Counted from the stretch's first letter, positions 20,415-33,545 are shown. The stretch is DNA of 64,000 nucleotides from an uncultured Alphaproteobacteria bacterium (GCA_963831505.1 CAWHQY010000017.1:85014-149013), one strand, 5' to 3'. The notes: generated from the sequence alone by a model not told the origin. Program-made: numbers and translations.

Positions 20415-21806
20415 ATGTTTTCTTTGCGCAGATTGGTCGTATTGGCCGCGCACTTTGCGGGAATGATCGCGACCACGGCAGCAAGCGCTGGCGCTAAGGA
20501 CGAAAGCGCCGCCGAATGGTTGGCTCCGAAATGGTTTAACGAATGGCATGACGGGCTTGCAGCGAAAGGCCTGGATTTCGGTGCAACCTATATCGGTGAT
20601 TTCATCGGCAATATCTCAGGCGGGACTTCGCTCGGCGCCATTCATCTCGGTCGCTTTGATTTCTCGGTCGATGCAGACCTCGAAAAGCTGGTCGGCTGGA
20701 GCGGGGGCAGATTCTTCGCCAACACCTACGAGATTTACGGCCGCGGGCTGACCCGTAACTACATTCACAATCTGGCGACCATCAGTGAGAGCGAAGCGCT
20801 GCCCGACGCGCGGCTTTACAACGCGTATTTCGAGCAAAGTTTTTACAACAACGCCCTCAACATAAGAATTGGCCAGCAGGCGGCCGACGTCGAGTTTTTC
20901 GATAGTGAGACCGACGATTTGTTCATCAACAATACGTTCGGCTGGCCGGCCATTATGGGCTCGAACCTGCCGGCCGGCGGTCCGGCGCCGCCGATCGCGG
21001 CCGTTGGCATTCGCGTGAAGGCCGCGCTGTCCGACCGGCTCACCGCCTTCGCCGGGGTCTTCAACGGCAATGCCTCAAGGCCGGGCGATGGCGACCCTCA
21101 GCTTCGCGACAATCACGGTTTGGCGTTTCGCATCAACGACCCGCCATGGGTCATCGGACAAGTCCGCTGGGACTACGATATCGACATAGCCGGCCGGCCG
21201 CTCGCCGGCAATTTCACACCGGGCGGCTGGTACCATTCCGGCCAATTCGACGACCAGCGCTTCACCGCGCAGGGGCTGTCGATGGCTGATCCCAGCGGCA
21301 CCAGCATCGCGGCAAAGCTTCACGGCAATTTCGGAATATTCGTCGTCGTCGAACAGACGCTCTACCGGCCGGCATCCGTGACCGAGAAGGGTGTTTCGAA
21401 CTCATTGCCGGGGATAACCGCTTTCGGCCGAATCGCTTACAGCCCCCCCGATCGAAACCTGATCGATCTCTATCTGGATGGCGGTGTCGGGTTCGTTGGC
21501 CTTGTTCCCCGCCGGCCTGCCGACCGGATCGGCATTGGAGTTGCCTATATGCGGATTTCCAATGCCAACCGAAACCTCGATCGTGACACCCAGTTCTTTA
21601 CCGGCATGCCGAGCCCGGTGCGAAGCAACGAAACCTTGATTGAGCTTATATACGAGGCGCATATCAAGCCAGGCTGGCTCCTTGCGCCGTATTTTCAGTA
21701 CGTGTTTCGACCGTCCGGCGGCATTCCAAATCCGAATGAGCCCAGTGGTTTAACGAGGATTGGTGACGCCGCCGTATTTGGGGTGACAACGACGCTCAGA
21801 TACTAG
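20415..21806 (+). CDS. Carbohydrate-selective porin, OprB family
   Basis: Signal peptide, RLYNAYFEQ, IRIGQQAAD.EF, FGWP, E..IELIY, P.FQYV.RP, C-terminal aromatic residue. Confidence 0.88.
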   Translation: MFSLRRLVVLAAHFAGMIATTAASAGAKDESAAEWLAPKWFNEWHDGLAAKGLDFGATYIGDFIGNISGGTSLGAIHLGRFDFSVDADLEKLVGWSGGRFFANTYEIYGRGLTRNYIHNLATISESEALPDARLYNAYFEQSFYNNALNIRIGQQAADVEFFDSETDDLFINNTFGWPAIMGSNLPAGGPAPPIAAVGIRVKAALSDRLTAFAGVFNGNASRPGDGDPQLRDNHGLAFRINDPPWVIGQVRWDYDIDIAGRPLAGNFTPGGWYHSGQFDDQRFTAQGLSMADPSGTSIAAKLHGNFGIFVVVEQTLYRPASVTEKGVSNSLPGITAFGRIAYSPPDRNLIDLYLDGGVGFVGLVPRRPADRIGIGVAYMRISNANRNLDRDTQFFTGMPSPVRSNETLIELIYEAHIKPGWLLAPYFQYVFRPSGGIPNPNEPSGLTRIGDAAVFGVTTTLRY

Positions 21807-21931
21807 CACTACACCGTCCTCGGTCTTCAAATCGGCATGCTTGCCGAGAAAGTCCGCAACCTCGGCCTCGACCCCCCAGGATTAGCCTTCCGGCGCGGTT
21901 CCTCGCCCCCGGTCGAGCCGCGTCGAAATGG

Positions 21932-21972
21932 GACCCCAAGCTTCGACGCGCTGGAGCTTGGGTCTTTTCTTT
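21932..21972 (+). terminator. Rho-independent terminator-like hairpin
   Basis: gaccccaagcttc...ggagcttgggtc followed by ttttcttt. Confidence 0.55.
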
Positions 21973-22168
21973 AACTTCGCAATCCGCCGCGGCGTTCTCT
22001 ATATTCGGCCAATCGAACTACCGCCCGAGGTCGCCCAGCGCCTTCCGAGCGTGCGTCAACAGCGCTGCTTGATCTGGTGGCGTTTCTAAGGGAAGCTTCG
22101 ACTTTCTTCCGTAGCGGCGGTCACCGCAATGCACCCGAATTTAGTTAGTTAGTGTGTGGGGGCAACTC

Positions 22169-22642
22169 ATGACCTTGAAAGATACTCAGGCACCGCGATT
22201 GACGGCAGCCTTGGACAAGCAGCTCGAAGCCAATAAAAAGTTCCAGGCAAGCGCTCAAGCTATAATTGATTCACTTTCTCCTTCGCCTCCGCCGTCCCTG
22301 GCCCAGCCGAGCGAAGCTGACGAAAAGTTCGAGGCAGAGACAAGAGCTTTGCACGATCCACCGCTAGGAAGCCCGCCCTCGGCTGCATCGGCCGCATTGC
22401 TTCCTCAAGAATTTGAGGATCGCTACGCAAAAGGTTGGAACGATGCCTGTGACTTTATTAAGCCGCAGCAATACGAGTTGCAGCGTCGATACATGTTGGC
22501 AAGACGAAAGATCGCATCACTAGATCGTTGGATAAAGTGGCTACCGGTCATCTGCTTCTGTTGCACGCTATTTGGGTTTGTATTGGGTTGGTGGTTCACC
22601 GACCTGAAAGAGATCTTCGTGCAGATGAGGGATCGGGCTTGA
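22169..22642 (+). CDS. Hypothetical protein with C-terminal TM helix
   Basis: Long ORF, coiled/proline-rich body, hydrophobic tail WLPVICFCCTLFGFVLGWW. Confidence 0.5.
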   Translation: MTLKDTQAPRLTAALDKQLEANKKFQASAQAIIDSLSPSPPPSLAQPSEADEKFEAETRALHDPPLGSPPSAASAALLPQEFEDRYAKGWNDACDFIKPQQYELQRRYMLARRKIASLDRWIKWLPVICFCCTLFGFVLGWWFTDLKEIFVQMRDRA

Positions 22643-22888
22643 CGCGGCCGGAGGTATCCACATTTGATCCTCTCCCTTTCTTATTTTGCATTCTTAAATC
22701 ATCCGGAGTTCGATATCCGAGCTTCTCGGTCACGGGATAGCTGCTGTCGCCTGCGGCTTTGCGGGTTATGCGAGCGGGCTTGACCCGCTCCGGACTCGAC
22801 TGGCGAGCGTAAACGGGTCAACTTACGAATCCTGCTGGCCGGCCATAACCGCATTCGGGATCTTCAAGACGTCTTTACCGCTGAAACG

Positions 22889-23821
22889 TCAACCGAGCTT
22901 GGAGCCGTTCGCCGTAACGTAGATCGAATAGAGGGACGTCGTTCCGCAAATGAACAAGCGGTTGAGCTTGGCACCGCCGAAAGTCACGTTCGCGACCAGT
23001 TCGGGAATGAGGATTTTGCCGATCAGAGAGCCGTCGCAGTCATAGCAATGGACGCCCTCCGCGGTACTCGTCCAAATACGGCCATTCCGATCGACGCGAA
23101 AACCGTCGAACAAGCCCGAGGTAGACTCCGCGAAAACCTCGCCACCCGACAGCTTGGCCCCGTTCGCGTCGACCATGAAGCGGCGAATGTGGCGCGGACC
23201 GGCCTCTTTGTGCGTCGCGCCCGTGTCGGCGACATAGAGGTAAGTCTCGTCGGGCGAGAAGGCGATGCCGTTCGGGCGAACCATGTCGGTGATGACTGCG
23301 GTGACCTCGCCGGATTTGGCATCGACTCGATAGACATGGCAGCCCTCGATCTCCTGCCCGGCGCGATCCCCTTCATAGTCGGTATCGATGCCGTAGGCGG
23401 GGTCGGTGAACCAGATGGAATCGTCCGACTTCACCACGACGTCGTTGGGCGAATTCAGACGCTTGCCGTTCCAGCTTTCCGCAATGACAGAAATCGAGCC
23501 GTCAATCTCGGTGCGGGTCACGCGCCGCGTGAGGTGTTCGCATGTTACCAGCCGGCCCTGATTGTCGACGGTGTTGCCGTTCGAATTGTTGGAGCTCTCG
23601 CGGAAGACCGAGACTTCGCCCGAAGGTTCGACGAACCGCATCATGCGATTGTTCGGAATGTCCGACCACACGAGATAGCGCCCCGCCGCGAACCAGGCCG
23701 GACCTTCAGCCCAGCGCGCCCCCGACCACAAACGTTCGACGCGCACGTGACCTGCGAAACAAGCCTTGAAACGCGGATCGAGAACGGCGATGTCCGTCCC
23801 TTCGACTTGACCATACCACAT
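22889..23821 (-). CDS. SMP-30/gluconolactonase family protein
   Basis: WAEGPAW, WSDIPNNR, NSPNDVVV, RPNGIAFSPD, FDGFRVD. Confidence 0.92.
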   Translation of the reverse strand: MWYGQVEGTDIAVLDPRFKACFAGHVRVERLWSGARWAEGPAWFAAGRYLVWSDIPNNRMMRFVEPSGEVSVFRESSNNSNGNTVDNQGRLVTCEHLTRRVTRTEIDGSISVIAESWNGKRLNSPNDVVVKSDDSIWFTDPAYGIDTDYEGDRAGQEIEGCHVYRVDAKSGEVTAVITDMVRPNGIAFSPDETYLYVADTGATHKEAGPRHIRRFMVDANGAKLSGGEVFAESTSGLFDGFRVDRNGRIWTSTAEGVHCYDCDGSLIGKILIPELVANVTFGGAKLNRLFICGTTSLYSIYVTANGSKLG

Positions 23822-24092
23822 CTGAGCCCCCCGCCTTTCGATGTTACACGACCCTTATGCCAGGGTCCCGATTGGATACCGATTTTCCCGAAAGGGTCCG
23901 CGTTCTAGCCGAAACCGGCATTGCGATCTTCACTATTTTTTCCTGCTGTTGGATTTGATTTTCCAGCTTTGCGTTTCATTCGGCTTGGCGCATAGCACAT
24001 TGCGTGGCATTCTGGTCCGGTAAGTGCACGGGAAAGCTCAATTCCCGGCATGACGCTCAGGCCGGAAACCAGAACGCACAGGGAGAAGAAAC

Positions 24093-25220
24093 ATGAAGCG
24101 GACGCTTCTTACGGGGGTTGCTTGCGCCAGCCTCTTGCTATCCTCGATCAATGCTTGGGCAGGTCCCAAGATCGTCTCTGGGCCGGGTGCTGACCCCGCT
24201 TGTTTCAAGCCCTGGTCCGCTCAGACCAAGTTCTTCCAGTGGGACAAGAAGCCGGGCCCCTACAAAATCGCCCTCGTCAACGGCTTCGTCGGTAACACCT
24301 GGCGCATCCAGATGGTGAAGACGGCCAAGGCCTTTACCGCGCAGCCGGGCATCAAGGAGAACATCAAGGAGTTCAAGGTCGTCTCGACCGGTACCGATGT
24401 TGCGGCGCAACTCGGCGCCATGGAGGACTTCATCAATCAGGGCTTCGACGCGATCGTCACCATTGCGGTGGCGCCCGATGGCTTTGATCGCATCATCCGC
24501 CTCGCCGACAAGAACAACGTGGTGGTGGTGCCCTTCGACAACATCCTCGACACCGACAAGGTGATGATGGTCAACGAGGACCAGAAGGAAATGGGCCGCA
24601 TGTCGGCCAAATGGATCATCGATGAATCGGGCAAGAAGGCCGGCGATATCCTCGAGGTGCGCGGCCTGCCGGGCAATTCGGTCGACCGCGATCGTCACGT
24701 CGGCTTCCGTGAAGTGATGGAGGGCGCTGGCAACAACTTCAAGATCACCGAGGTGGTGGGCAATTGGGACACCGGTACCTCACAGAAGGTGACTGCCGAT
24801 GCGCTCGCCGTGCATGGCAAATTCGATGGCGTGTTCACGCAGGGCGGCTCGGACGGTACGGTGCAGGCGATGATGGCCGCCAAGCATCCTTTCGTGCCGA
24901 TGTCGGGCGAGGGCGAAAACGAATTTCGCAAGCAGATCGCCGACCACGCCAAGGAAGGCCTGAAGGGCATGTCCTACGGCCAGTCGCCGGCGCTCGTTGC
25001 CATCGCCACCAAGGCGGCAATCTCGGCCCTCCAGGGCAATGTCATGCCGCAACTGATCTCGATCCCGATCCCAGTCGCGACCTACAAGGATCTCAAGCCG
25101 GGGACGAATTACTGGCCGGATCTCAGCGCGAACTTCTTCGCTCCGAACCAGTTCCTGCCCTGCGGCGTGAACTTCACGGCGCCCGAGATCATGTCGCAGA
25201 GTGAGAAGAACACCCAGTAA
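24093..25220 (+). CDS. Sugar ABC transporter substrate-binding protein
   Basis: Signal peptide; GNTWRIQM, Peripla_BP_4-like features. Confidence 0.88.
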   Translation: MKRTLLTGVACASLLLSSINAWAGPKIVSGPGADPACFKPWSAQTKFFQWDKKPGPYKIALVNGFVGNTWRIQMVKTAKAFTAQPGIKENIKEFKVVSTGTDVAAQLGAMEDFINQGFDAIVTIAVAPDGFDRIIRLADKNNVVVVPFDNILDTDKVMMVNEDQKEMGRMSAKWIIDESGKKAGDILEVRGLPGNSVDRDRHVGFREVMEGAGNNFKITEVVGNWDTGTSQKVTADALAVHGKFDGVFTQGGSDGTVQAMMAAKHPFVPMSGEGENEFRKQIADHAKEGLKGMSYGQSPALVAIATKAAISALQGNVMPQLISIPIPVATYKDLKPGTNYWPDLSANFFAPNQFLPCGVNFTAPEIMSQSEKNTQ

Positions 25221-25285
25221 CCGCTCCGGCTACGTTTCAGTCACGGCCTGGCATCCGCCAGGCCGTCGTTGCCTGAGCCCGCGCA

Positions 25286-26837
<1,552 letters not shown>

Positions 26838-26845
<8 letters not shown>

Positions 26846-27950
26846 CGATCTCGCGATCAGGCTGCGCCAGAATATCGGCTTCGTCACCGCTATTGTGCTG
26901 TTTTGCGTCTTCTACCTGCTCTACCATTTGGCACATCCGAAGGGCTTCTCCTCGGCCGTGCTGGTGCAAAATAGCGACGAGATCTTCGCGCTCGCCATGC
27001 TGGCCATGGCGCAGACCGTGCCGGTGCTGATGTCGGGGCTCGATCTCTCGGTCGGCGCCGTGATGACCATGGTGGGCTGCTTTGCGAGCCATCTACTGAT
27101 CGGCACGGCGGGCGGCACGCCGCTGCATCTTGAGATTTTCGGCCTGCATTTCGGCCTCGGCACCTTCCCGGGCGGCACTAGCGGTATCTTGCTCGGTATT
27201 GCTGCGTGCCTGGCGATCGGCACGCTCGCCGGCTTCATCAATGGCTGCGTGGTCGTCTATGGACGCATCCAGCCGATCATCGCGACGCTCGCAACCGGCG
27301 CGATCTATATCGGTGTCGCGCTCTTCCTGCGTCCCACGCCGGGTGGCAAGATCGACGAGGATCTCAACTGGGCGCTGACCAATTCGCTCGGCGATTTCGC
27401 CGCGACGGTGCATATCTTCGACGATGGCGCGGCAAGCTGGTTTACGCCCCTTGCCTGGATTCCAGTGCCCTTCGTGCTGCTGGTCTTGATTGCGCTCCTC
27501 GTGTGGGTGCCGTTCCGACGCTCTGTCACCGGCCGCGCCGTCTATGCGATCGGTTCGGCCGAAGGCGCGGCCTATATGTCGGGGCTTCCGATCGAGCGCG
27601 CCAAGATTGTGGCTTTCGCGCTCGGCGGGTTCTTCGCCGGCTGTGGCGGCCTGTTCCTCGCGATCCAGACCTCATCGGGCAATGCCGATATTCCGCAGGC
27701 CGGCGCCTACACGCTCAACTCGATCGCATCGGTGGTCATCGGCGGTACGTCGCTGCTCGGCGGCACCGGTAGTGCCATCGGCTCGATCTTTGGCGCCATG
27801 ATCTTGCGCGTCATTTCCTTCTTCTTCCGCATCTTCGACATCGCCCCCTTGCTGCAACCGCTGTTCGAAGGGCTGATCCTGCTGGCGGCGGTCAGCATCG
27901 GGGCGCTCGGCGTACTGCGCGTCAAGAACACGCTGGAGCTGTTCCGATGA
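26838..27950 (+). CDS. Sugar ABC transporter permease
   Basis: GLDLSVG, IQPIIATL, GRAVYAIG, SVVIGGTSL. Confidence 0.9.
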
Positions 27951-28906
27951 CGACGATGAGCCTCGGCCTCTCGCGCGACGACCATCCGATCCTGATCGCG
28001 GCCCTGTTCATCCTCGTCATCCTGGTGGCAGGCACCGCCTATACGTTCGTCCGTTTCGGCAGTGCTCCGCTGCTATCGCCGAACTATCTGCTGCAGCAAC
28101 TGCAGATCGGCTCCTTCCTCGGCATCGTGGCCGCCGGGATGATGATCGTTATCCTGATCGCCCAGATCGATCTGTCGGTGCCTTGGACGCTGGCGGCCGC
28201 CGCCATGATGGCGACGTCGATCGGCGGGCCGCTCGCGATCCCGGCCGGACTCGGCATCGGCCTCCTGATCGGGCTCGTCAACGGCATTGGCGTGGCCTAT
28301 TTGCGTGTGCCCTCGATGATTTTCACGTTAGGCGTCAATGCGGTGATGCGCGGCCTGATGGTCGCGCATACCGGCGGCTACGCGCCCCAGACCACCGCCA
28401 CGGACCTGATGCAGACGCTCGCCTCGGAGCGCACACTCGGCATCCCGAACGCCTTGTTCGTCTGGGCCGCGGTGTCGGGGCTGGTCGTCGTCATCCTGCA
28501 GCGTACGCCGCTCGGCCGCTACATTTACGCCATCGGCAACAAAGAGGCGGCGGCCTATTTGGCCGGCGTCGACACACGCCGCGTCACGGTGCTCTGCTTC
28601 ATGCTTTGCGGCCTCGCGGCCGCGCTCGCGGGTGTGCTGCTGGCCGGCTATTCCACTAAGGCCTATCAGGGGATGGGCGATGCCTATCTGCTGCCGTCGA
28701 TCGCGGCGGTCGTGATCGGGGGCACAAACATCCTGGGAGGTCGCGGCCGTTATCTCGGCACGCTGGTCGGCGTGGTGCTGATCGTGCTCCTCAACAGCGT
28801 CCTGTCGATCATGGACATGCCCGAGGCGGGCCGACAGGTAATCTACGGCCTCGTCATCATCGTCATGTTGCTTGTCTATGGACGCAGCGAACGCGTCACG
28901 AGCTAA
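27947..28906 (+). CDS. Sugar ABC transporter permease
   Basis: IDLSVP, GRYIYAIG, AAVVIGGT. Confidence 0.9.
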   Translation: MTTMSLGLSRDDHPILIAALFILVILVAGTAYTFVRFGSAPLLSPNYLLQQLQIGSFLGIVAAGMMIVILIAQIDLSVPWTLAAAAMMATSIGGPLAIPAGLGIGLLIGLVNGIGVAYLRVPSMIFTLGVNAVMRGLMVAHTGGYAPQTTATDLMQTLASERTLGIPNALFVWAAVSGLVVVILQRTPLGRYIYAIGNKEAAAYLAGVDTRRVTVLCFMLCGLAAALAGVLLAGYSTKAYQGMGDAYLLPSIAAVVIGGTNILGGRGRYLGTLVGVVLIVLLNSVLSIMDMPEAGRQVIYGLVIIVMLLVYGRSERVTS

Positions 28907-29407
28907 AGACCCCTATCGCGACGGTCGAGCGGCTTGTAGTTAGCCTAACTCCTGTAGTCAGGGAGCGTGTTCCGGCAACTTCGGCCGCAGACATCCTCGG
29001 GATGTGAGCGGCCGCCACGTGGCACAGGTGCGTATCGGTTCGCTTTCGCGCACGTCCCGCGACCGGCCGTCCCCGTCGCCGCCGTATCATCAAGAAGCGC
29101 GATGACTCTCCGCTAGTGCAGCGAAGGCAACATGTGCGGCACCGTTATGCGAGGTGCTGACGCCCTGCCGGGGTCGGCACCCTCCCAAATCATCCAAAAC
29201 CCTACCAGACTCGACCACATAGTCTGTTCGATAAGGAGCGAAAACCACATCCCTAGAGGAGTCATCAAGCTGCGGCGATTGGCGCACAAACTCACGCCGA
29301 GGCGCAGTGCAGCCAAGGTCGCTCACGTATGAAACATATCACATTCGCCCTGGTCGCCACGTGCTAAATTCTTTCGCAAGCCGATACCTCATCGCGGAGG
29401 TGTAGTC

Positions 29408-30778
29408 ATGCAAAAAGGTCATCCGAACAAGCGTGCAATTGTCATCGGCGCTAGCATGGGCGGCCTGCTAGCCGCTCGGGCCCTGGCCGATTACTACGGC
29501 GAAGTGACCGTAGTCGAACGCGATGCGCTCCCCGACGTGTATGAGCCCCGGAAGGGCGTTCCTCAAGGACGACATGCGCACGGCCTGCTGGCTCGGGGAC
29601 GCGAGGTGCTCGAGCAGTTGTTCCCGGGTTTCACCGAAGAAATGGTCGCGCAGGGCGCTACCTGCGGCGACATCGTCGATAAAGTTCTTTGGTTCAACCA
29701 TGGTTTCTATTTGTGCAACTCACCCAGCAAACTGTTCGGGCTCGCAATCAGCCGGCCGATGCTGGAGAGCAACGTGCGGCGCCGACTGCTGCAACTTCCG
29801 AACGTTCGGTTGCGGGAGCGCTGTGCTGTATTGGAGCCCACATTCGATCGGGCTCAGGGCCGCGTGACGGGGGTTCGGGTTCAATCCCAAGGCGGCTCGG
29901 ACGGCGCCCAGGTGATGAACGCCGACTTCGTGGTCGATGCGAGCGGGCGCGGCTCGTCTAGCCCGGCCTGGCTGGACGCGTGGGGCTACCCCAAGCCACG
30001 GGAGGAGCTGATCAAGATCAACCTCGGCTACGTGACCCGGCAATACCGTCGGCTGCCAGAACATTTACGTGGAATGTCTGGCGCCATCATCGCAGCTTGC
30101 CCGCCGGATTGGCGCTTTGGCGTTATTCTTTCGCAGGAAGGTGACCGCTGGATCGTAACCTTGGGAGGCTACTTGGGCGACCACGCCCCGACGGATGATA
30201 GCGGTTTTGTCGACTTCGCGCGAAGCCTGCAAAAGCCCGAGATATTCGACCTTGTCAGGGTTGCGGAGCCACTTTGCCCGCTGACGTCCTACCGGTTCAG
30301 TACAAACCTGCGCCGTCACTACGAAGAGCTGTCCCGCTTCCCGGCGGGCTTTCTGGTGTTTGGCGATGCCTTGTGCAGCTTCAATCCTGTTTACGGTCAA
30401 GGGATGACCGTTGCCTGCATGGAATCGCTGGCTTTGCGCGAATGCCTGGCGGCCGGCACGCAGGAAATCGCCGAACGCTTCCTTCGGGCAGCCAGCCGGC
30501 TCATCGATATTCCATGGCAAATTGCTGTCGGTAGCGATCTTCAACACCCGCGTGTCGAAGGCAAGCGCACGACTCAGGTTCGCTTCATCAACTGGTACAT
30601 CGCAAAACTATATCGGGCTGCCCAGGATGATGCTGTGCTGGCCAGTAGGTTTCTGGAAGTGGCAAATCTGATGCGGCAGCCTGCAGCGTTGTTCGATCCG
30701 CAGATTGCGTTTCGGGTGTGGAAGGGAAATAGGGCGCCAGCCCGAATGATCACGATTCCCCGCAGAAGGACAACTTAG
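29408..30778 (+). CDS. FAD-dependent oxidoreductase/monooxygenase
   Basis: IGASMGGL, RKGVPQGRH, VVDASGRGS, GDALCSFNPVYGQGM. Confidence 0.88.
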   Translation: MQKGHPNKRAIVIGASMGGLLAARALADYYGEVTVVERDALPDVYEPRKGVPQGRHAHGLLARGREVLEQLFPGFTEEMVAQGATCGDIVDKVLWFNHGFYLCNSPSKLFGLAISRPMLESNVRRRLLQLPNVRLRERCAVLEPTFDRAQGRVTGVRVQSQGGSDGAQVMNADFVVDASGRGSSSPAWLDAWGYPKPREELIKINLGYVTRQYRRLPEHLRGMSGAIIAACPPDWRFGVILSQEGDRWIVTLGGYLGDHAPTDDSGFVDFARSLQKPEIFDLVRVAEPLCPLTSYRFSTNLRRHYEELSRFPAGFLVFGDALCSFNPVYGQGMTVACMESLALRECLAAGTQEIAERFLRAASRLIDIPWQIAVGSDLQHPRVEGKRTTQVRFINWYIAKLYRAAQDDAVLASRFLEVANLMRQPAALFDPQIAFRVWKGNRAPARMITIPRRRTT

Positions 30779-30834
30779 TCGGTTCCGCAAATGTAAAGCC
30801 GTCACAGCCAGCACACATGGCGCAAAGCAGCCTT

Positions 30835-30965
30835 GGGTACTTTGAAAGCAAGATCGAACTGGACCACCGTTTTCGTGCCGAGCAGCCGAAGCGGTTTCGT
30901 GCACTTACGCAGGAACCTGTCGAAAGCAAAGTCGACATCATTGTCGCAGTCACCGGGTTTAGGCG
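30835..30965 (+). pseudogene. Fragment of an ABC substrate-binding protein
   Basis: LGYFE..IELDHRF...RFRAL..E.VESKVDIIVAV isolated internal segment. Confidence 0.45.
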
Positions 30966-31232
30966 CGAAATGACCACCCGGAGCGGACCTTCGCAATCCG
31001 TGCACGGATTGCCAATTCACAACCTGTTAGAGGGGCCTGCCGGGCCTTTTTGACCGGCCGGATAGACCGAAGCAAAAAGCCGCTCCGAATATGGCCGCGA
31101 GGCTGGGCGAACGCAAGGCCAACGGCTGGCTTGACTGCCCTGATCGGACTAGCATCAAGAAAGTTGGTGGACGAATTTTTCGCTCCCTGGGCTAAACGTT
31201 CGGCCACGTACCGTGATCGGAGCGCGATCGTA

Positions 31233-32274
31233 ATGCAGCAAATTGCGGATTGGCTCGAAGAGCTCGGAATGTCCGAGCACGTCCAGCGCTTCGTCGACAA
31301 CAAGATTGATGTTTCCGTACTTCAGTATCTGACAGACCAAGATCTCAAAGAGATTGGCATTCCGCTCGGGCATCGGCGCAAAATGCTCGCCGCCGTTGAC
31401 AAGTTGTCCGGCCAACCTGCGGGAGCCGTGAAAGAGGGAACGCGCGCGAGCACTGTGATGCAGGGTGCCAGCTCTATGATCCGGAGCGACACCGCTCACA
31501 TAGTCTACTTTATGGCGGGCACGATCCCGGTACATGCGCGAGATTCTTGGGTGCTATGGTTTATTGGGTACTTGGCTATCCCCAAAGGGTCTGAATTTAG
31601 CGCCCGAAGCCTTGGCCTGGCGGAGCACTTGGCTTTTCCGCTCAACTCCGAGCTAGCTCTACTTTTTAACGCAACGCTTCACCTCGAACGAGGTGAACCG
31701 GAACTAGCATTGCGGCAACTCGGCACGGCCGAGGCGTTGGCTATGGACCAACGGCTCGCTTTCATTGTGGAGCCGCAGTTCTTCCGCGGGGCTGCTTTAA
31801 TGGAGCAGGGTGCGTATGCAGACGCGGTCGCGTGCCTCCGCGCGGGCCTCGCTGGTCGACTGAGCACAATGCGGGATCGCCCCTACGGACTTGCTCGATT
31901 GGCTGAAGCGCTGGCGCTGCAGGGCGATAACGTCGCGGCTCTCGCTACGGCAGCCGACGGACTGGAGACGACGGAAAGGATGGCTAACCGTCAGTGGGAG
32001 CCGGAACTTCAGCGCCTCGCCGGCGTCGCGCTCTGGGGCCCGATCGGGTCGAAGAAGCTGAAATGGGCCTCAAAGAGGCGCTGCGTCTCGCTCAAAACCA
32101 ATGCGCGAAGCCCTATGAATTGCGCGCTGCAACGAACTTCGCTCGTTTGTAGGGGGAGCGGGGCCGACGTGCCGAAGCCGTTGAGCTGCTCGCACCAATT
32201 TGCGGCTGGTTCACGAGGGATTCGACACCGCTGATTTCAAGCAGGCCAAATCGCTACTAAACGCGTCGGCATGA
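31233..32274 (+). pseudogene. Internally deleted SAM-adenylate cyclase-AAA-TPR gene (only SAM and the TPR tail remain)
   Basis: MQQIADWLEELGM...LTDQDLKEIGIPLGHRRKML SAM domain joined to TPR tail; ELRAA...GWFTRGFDTADFKQAK in a shifted frame with an internal stop. Confidence 0.75.
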
Positions 32275-32372
32275 GCTGATACAAGTCGCGGCGGGCGCAG
32301 TCGGCAGCAAGGGAAGCCGATGGCCCCTCCGGCCGCGCTTCCAAGTTAACGATCAACAAAGAGCGGGTGATT

Positions 32373-32645
32373 TTACTCTTTCTGGCCTGGCGTGATTGAT
32401 CCGGTCGCTTCCTCAGGCAAGGTTTGCCGCTCCGTTGTGATTGTCGAGCCCCTGAGCTCTGAACCTACGCAATCACCAGCCCATAGCTTTGTGCCCCTGA
32501 CTGCTCCAACGAGTTTGCAGCCCATCGGCGCTTTCGGCTTTACCTGAACGAGCGCTTTGTTACCTACTTTGGGCGGCGCACTCTGAGCAAATACGGTACC
32601 CGAAAAGCAGATAGCAACGAGAATGAGCAGCGACCGCATCGTCAA
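32373..32645 (-). CDS. Small secreted hypothetical protein
   Basis: Signal peptide, GCKLVG...LWAGDC cysteine pair. Confidence 0.6.
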   Translation of the reverse strand: MTMRSLLILVAICFSGTVFAQSAPPKVGNKALVQVKPKAPMGCKLVGAVRGTKLWAGDCVGSELRGSTITTERQTLPEEATGSITPGQKE

Positions 32646-32966
32646 TTCACCTCAAGCCTCGGCTGATTAAGGAAAGTATATCCCGCAGAGCATTCGCGCT
32701 CTGCGGGCCGCCGAGGTCCTCAAAATTGATTGCTTGCCGAATGACTCAGCCCCGGTCTTTTCCAAGCTTGCATCGAGCGGCCCGGAGCGCGAGACCAAAA
32801 TTGCGTTCCATCGAAAGGAACAAAAGAGATGTTGCACCGAGAACACATCGATTAGCGCGGTTACGGGATCCACCACCGGGCCATGTCCTGGCCAGGACAG
32901 CACCGGGGGTTGCGCGTTGCAAGGAGCATCCAGAGCGTGCCGTCATCTTTGGGCTGAGCCATGGGA

Positions 32967-33545
32967 TCAGTGGTCGGCGTTGCGGTGCTTGATTGCGGAT
33001 GAAGCGGGGACCGGACGCTCTGGCGCATCGCGACTGATTTTAGGCTGAAGTTCGCGGAGATCGATGAAGATGTCGGCTTGGCGCCGAAGGTCGTCGGCAA
33101 TCATGGGGGGCTGGGTGGCAATAGTCGAGACCACCGTAACGTGGACGCCGCGGCGCTGCACCGCCTCGACCAGCGAGCGGAAATCACCGTCACCGGAGAA
33201 CAATATCATCTGGTCGATATGCTCGGCGAGCCCCATCGCGTCCACCGCGAGCTCGATGTCCATATTGCCCTTCACCTTGCGCCGGCCGGAGGCGTCGATG
33301 AACTCCTTCGTCGCCTTGGTGACGACGGTGTAGCCGTTATAGTTAAGCCAATCGATCAATGGGCGGATGGAGGAAAATTCCTGATCCTCGATGATCGCGG
33401 TGTAGTAGAACGCGCGCACCAGCGTGCCCCGGTTTTGGAAATCGGTGAGCAGCCGCCGGTAATCGACGTCGAAGCCGAGCGCCTTCGCCGTCGCGTAAAG
33501 ATTGGCGCCGTCGATAAAGAGCGCGACCCGGTTGGAGGATGACAT
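32967..33545 (-). CDS. NYN domain protein (LabA/DUF88)
   Basis: FIDGANLY, KGNMDIELAVD, SGDGDF, LRRQAD. Confidence 0.92.
   Translation of the reverse strand: MSSSNRVALFIDGANLYATAKALGFDVDYRRLLTDFQNRGTLVRAFYYTAIIEDQEFSSIRPLIDWLNYNGYTVVTKATKEFIDASGRRKVKGNMDIELAVDAMGLAEHIDQMILFSGDGDFRSLVEAVQRRGVHVTVVSTIATQPPMIADDLRRQADIFIDLRELQPKISRDAPERPVPASSAIKHRNADH

Noticed and set aside
28907-29400. Short ORFs between the ABC operon and the FAD oxidoreductase
   Set aside because: No motif, RBS or codon bias supporting any of them.
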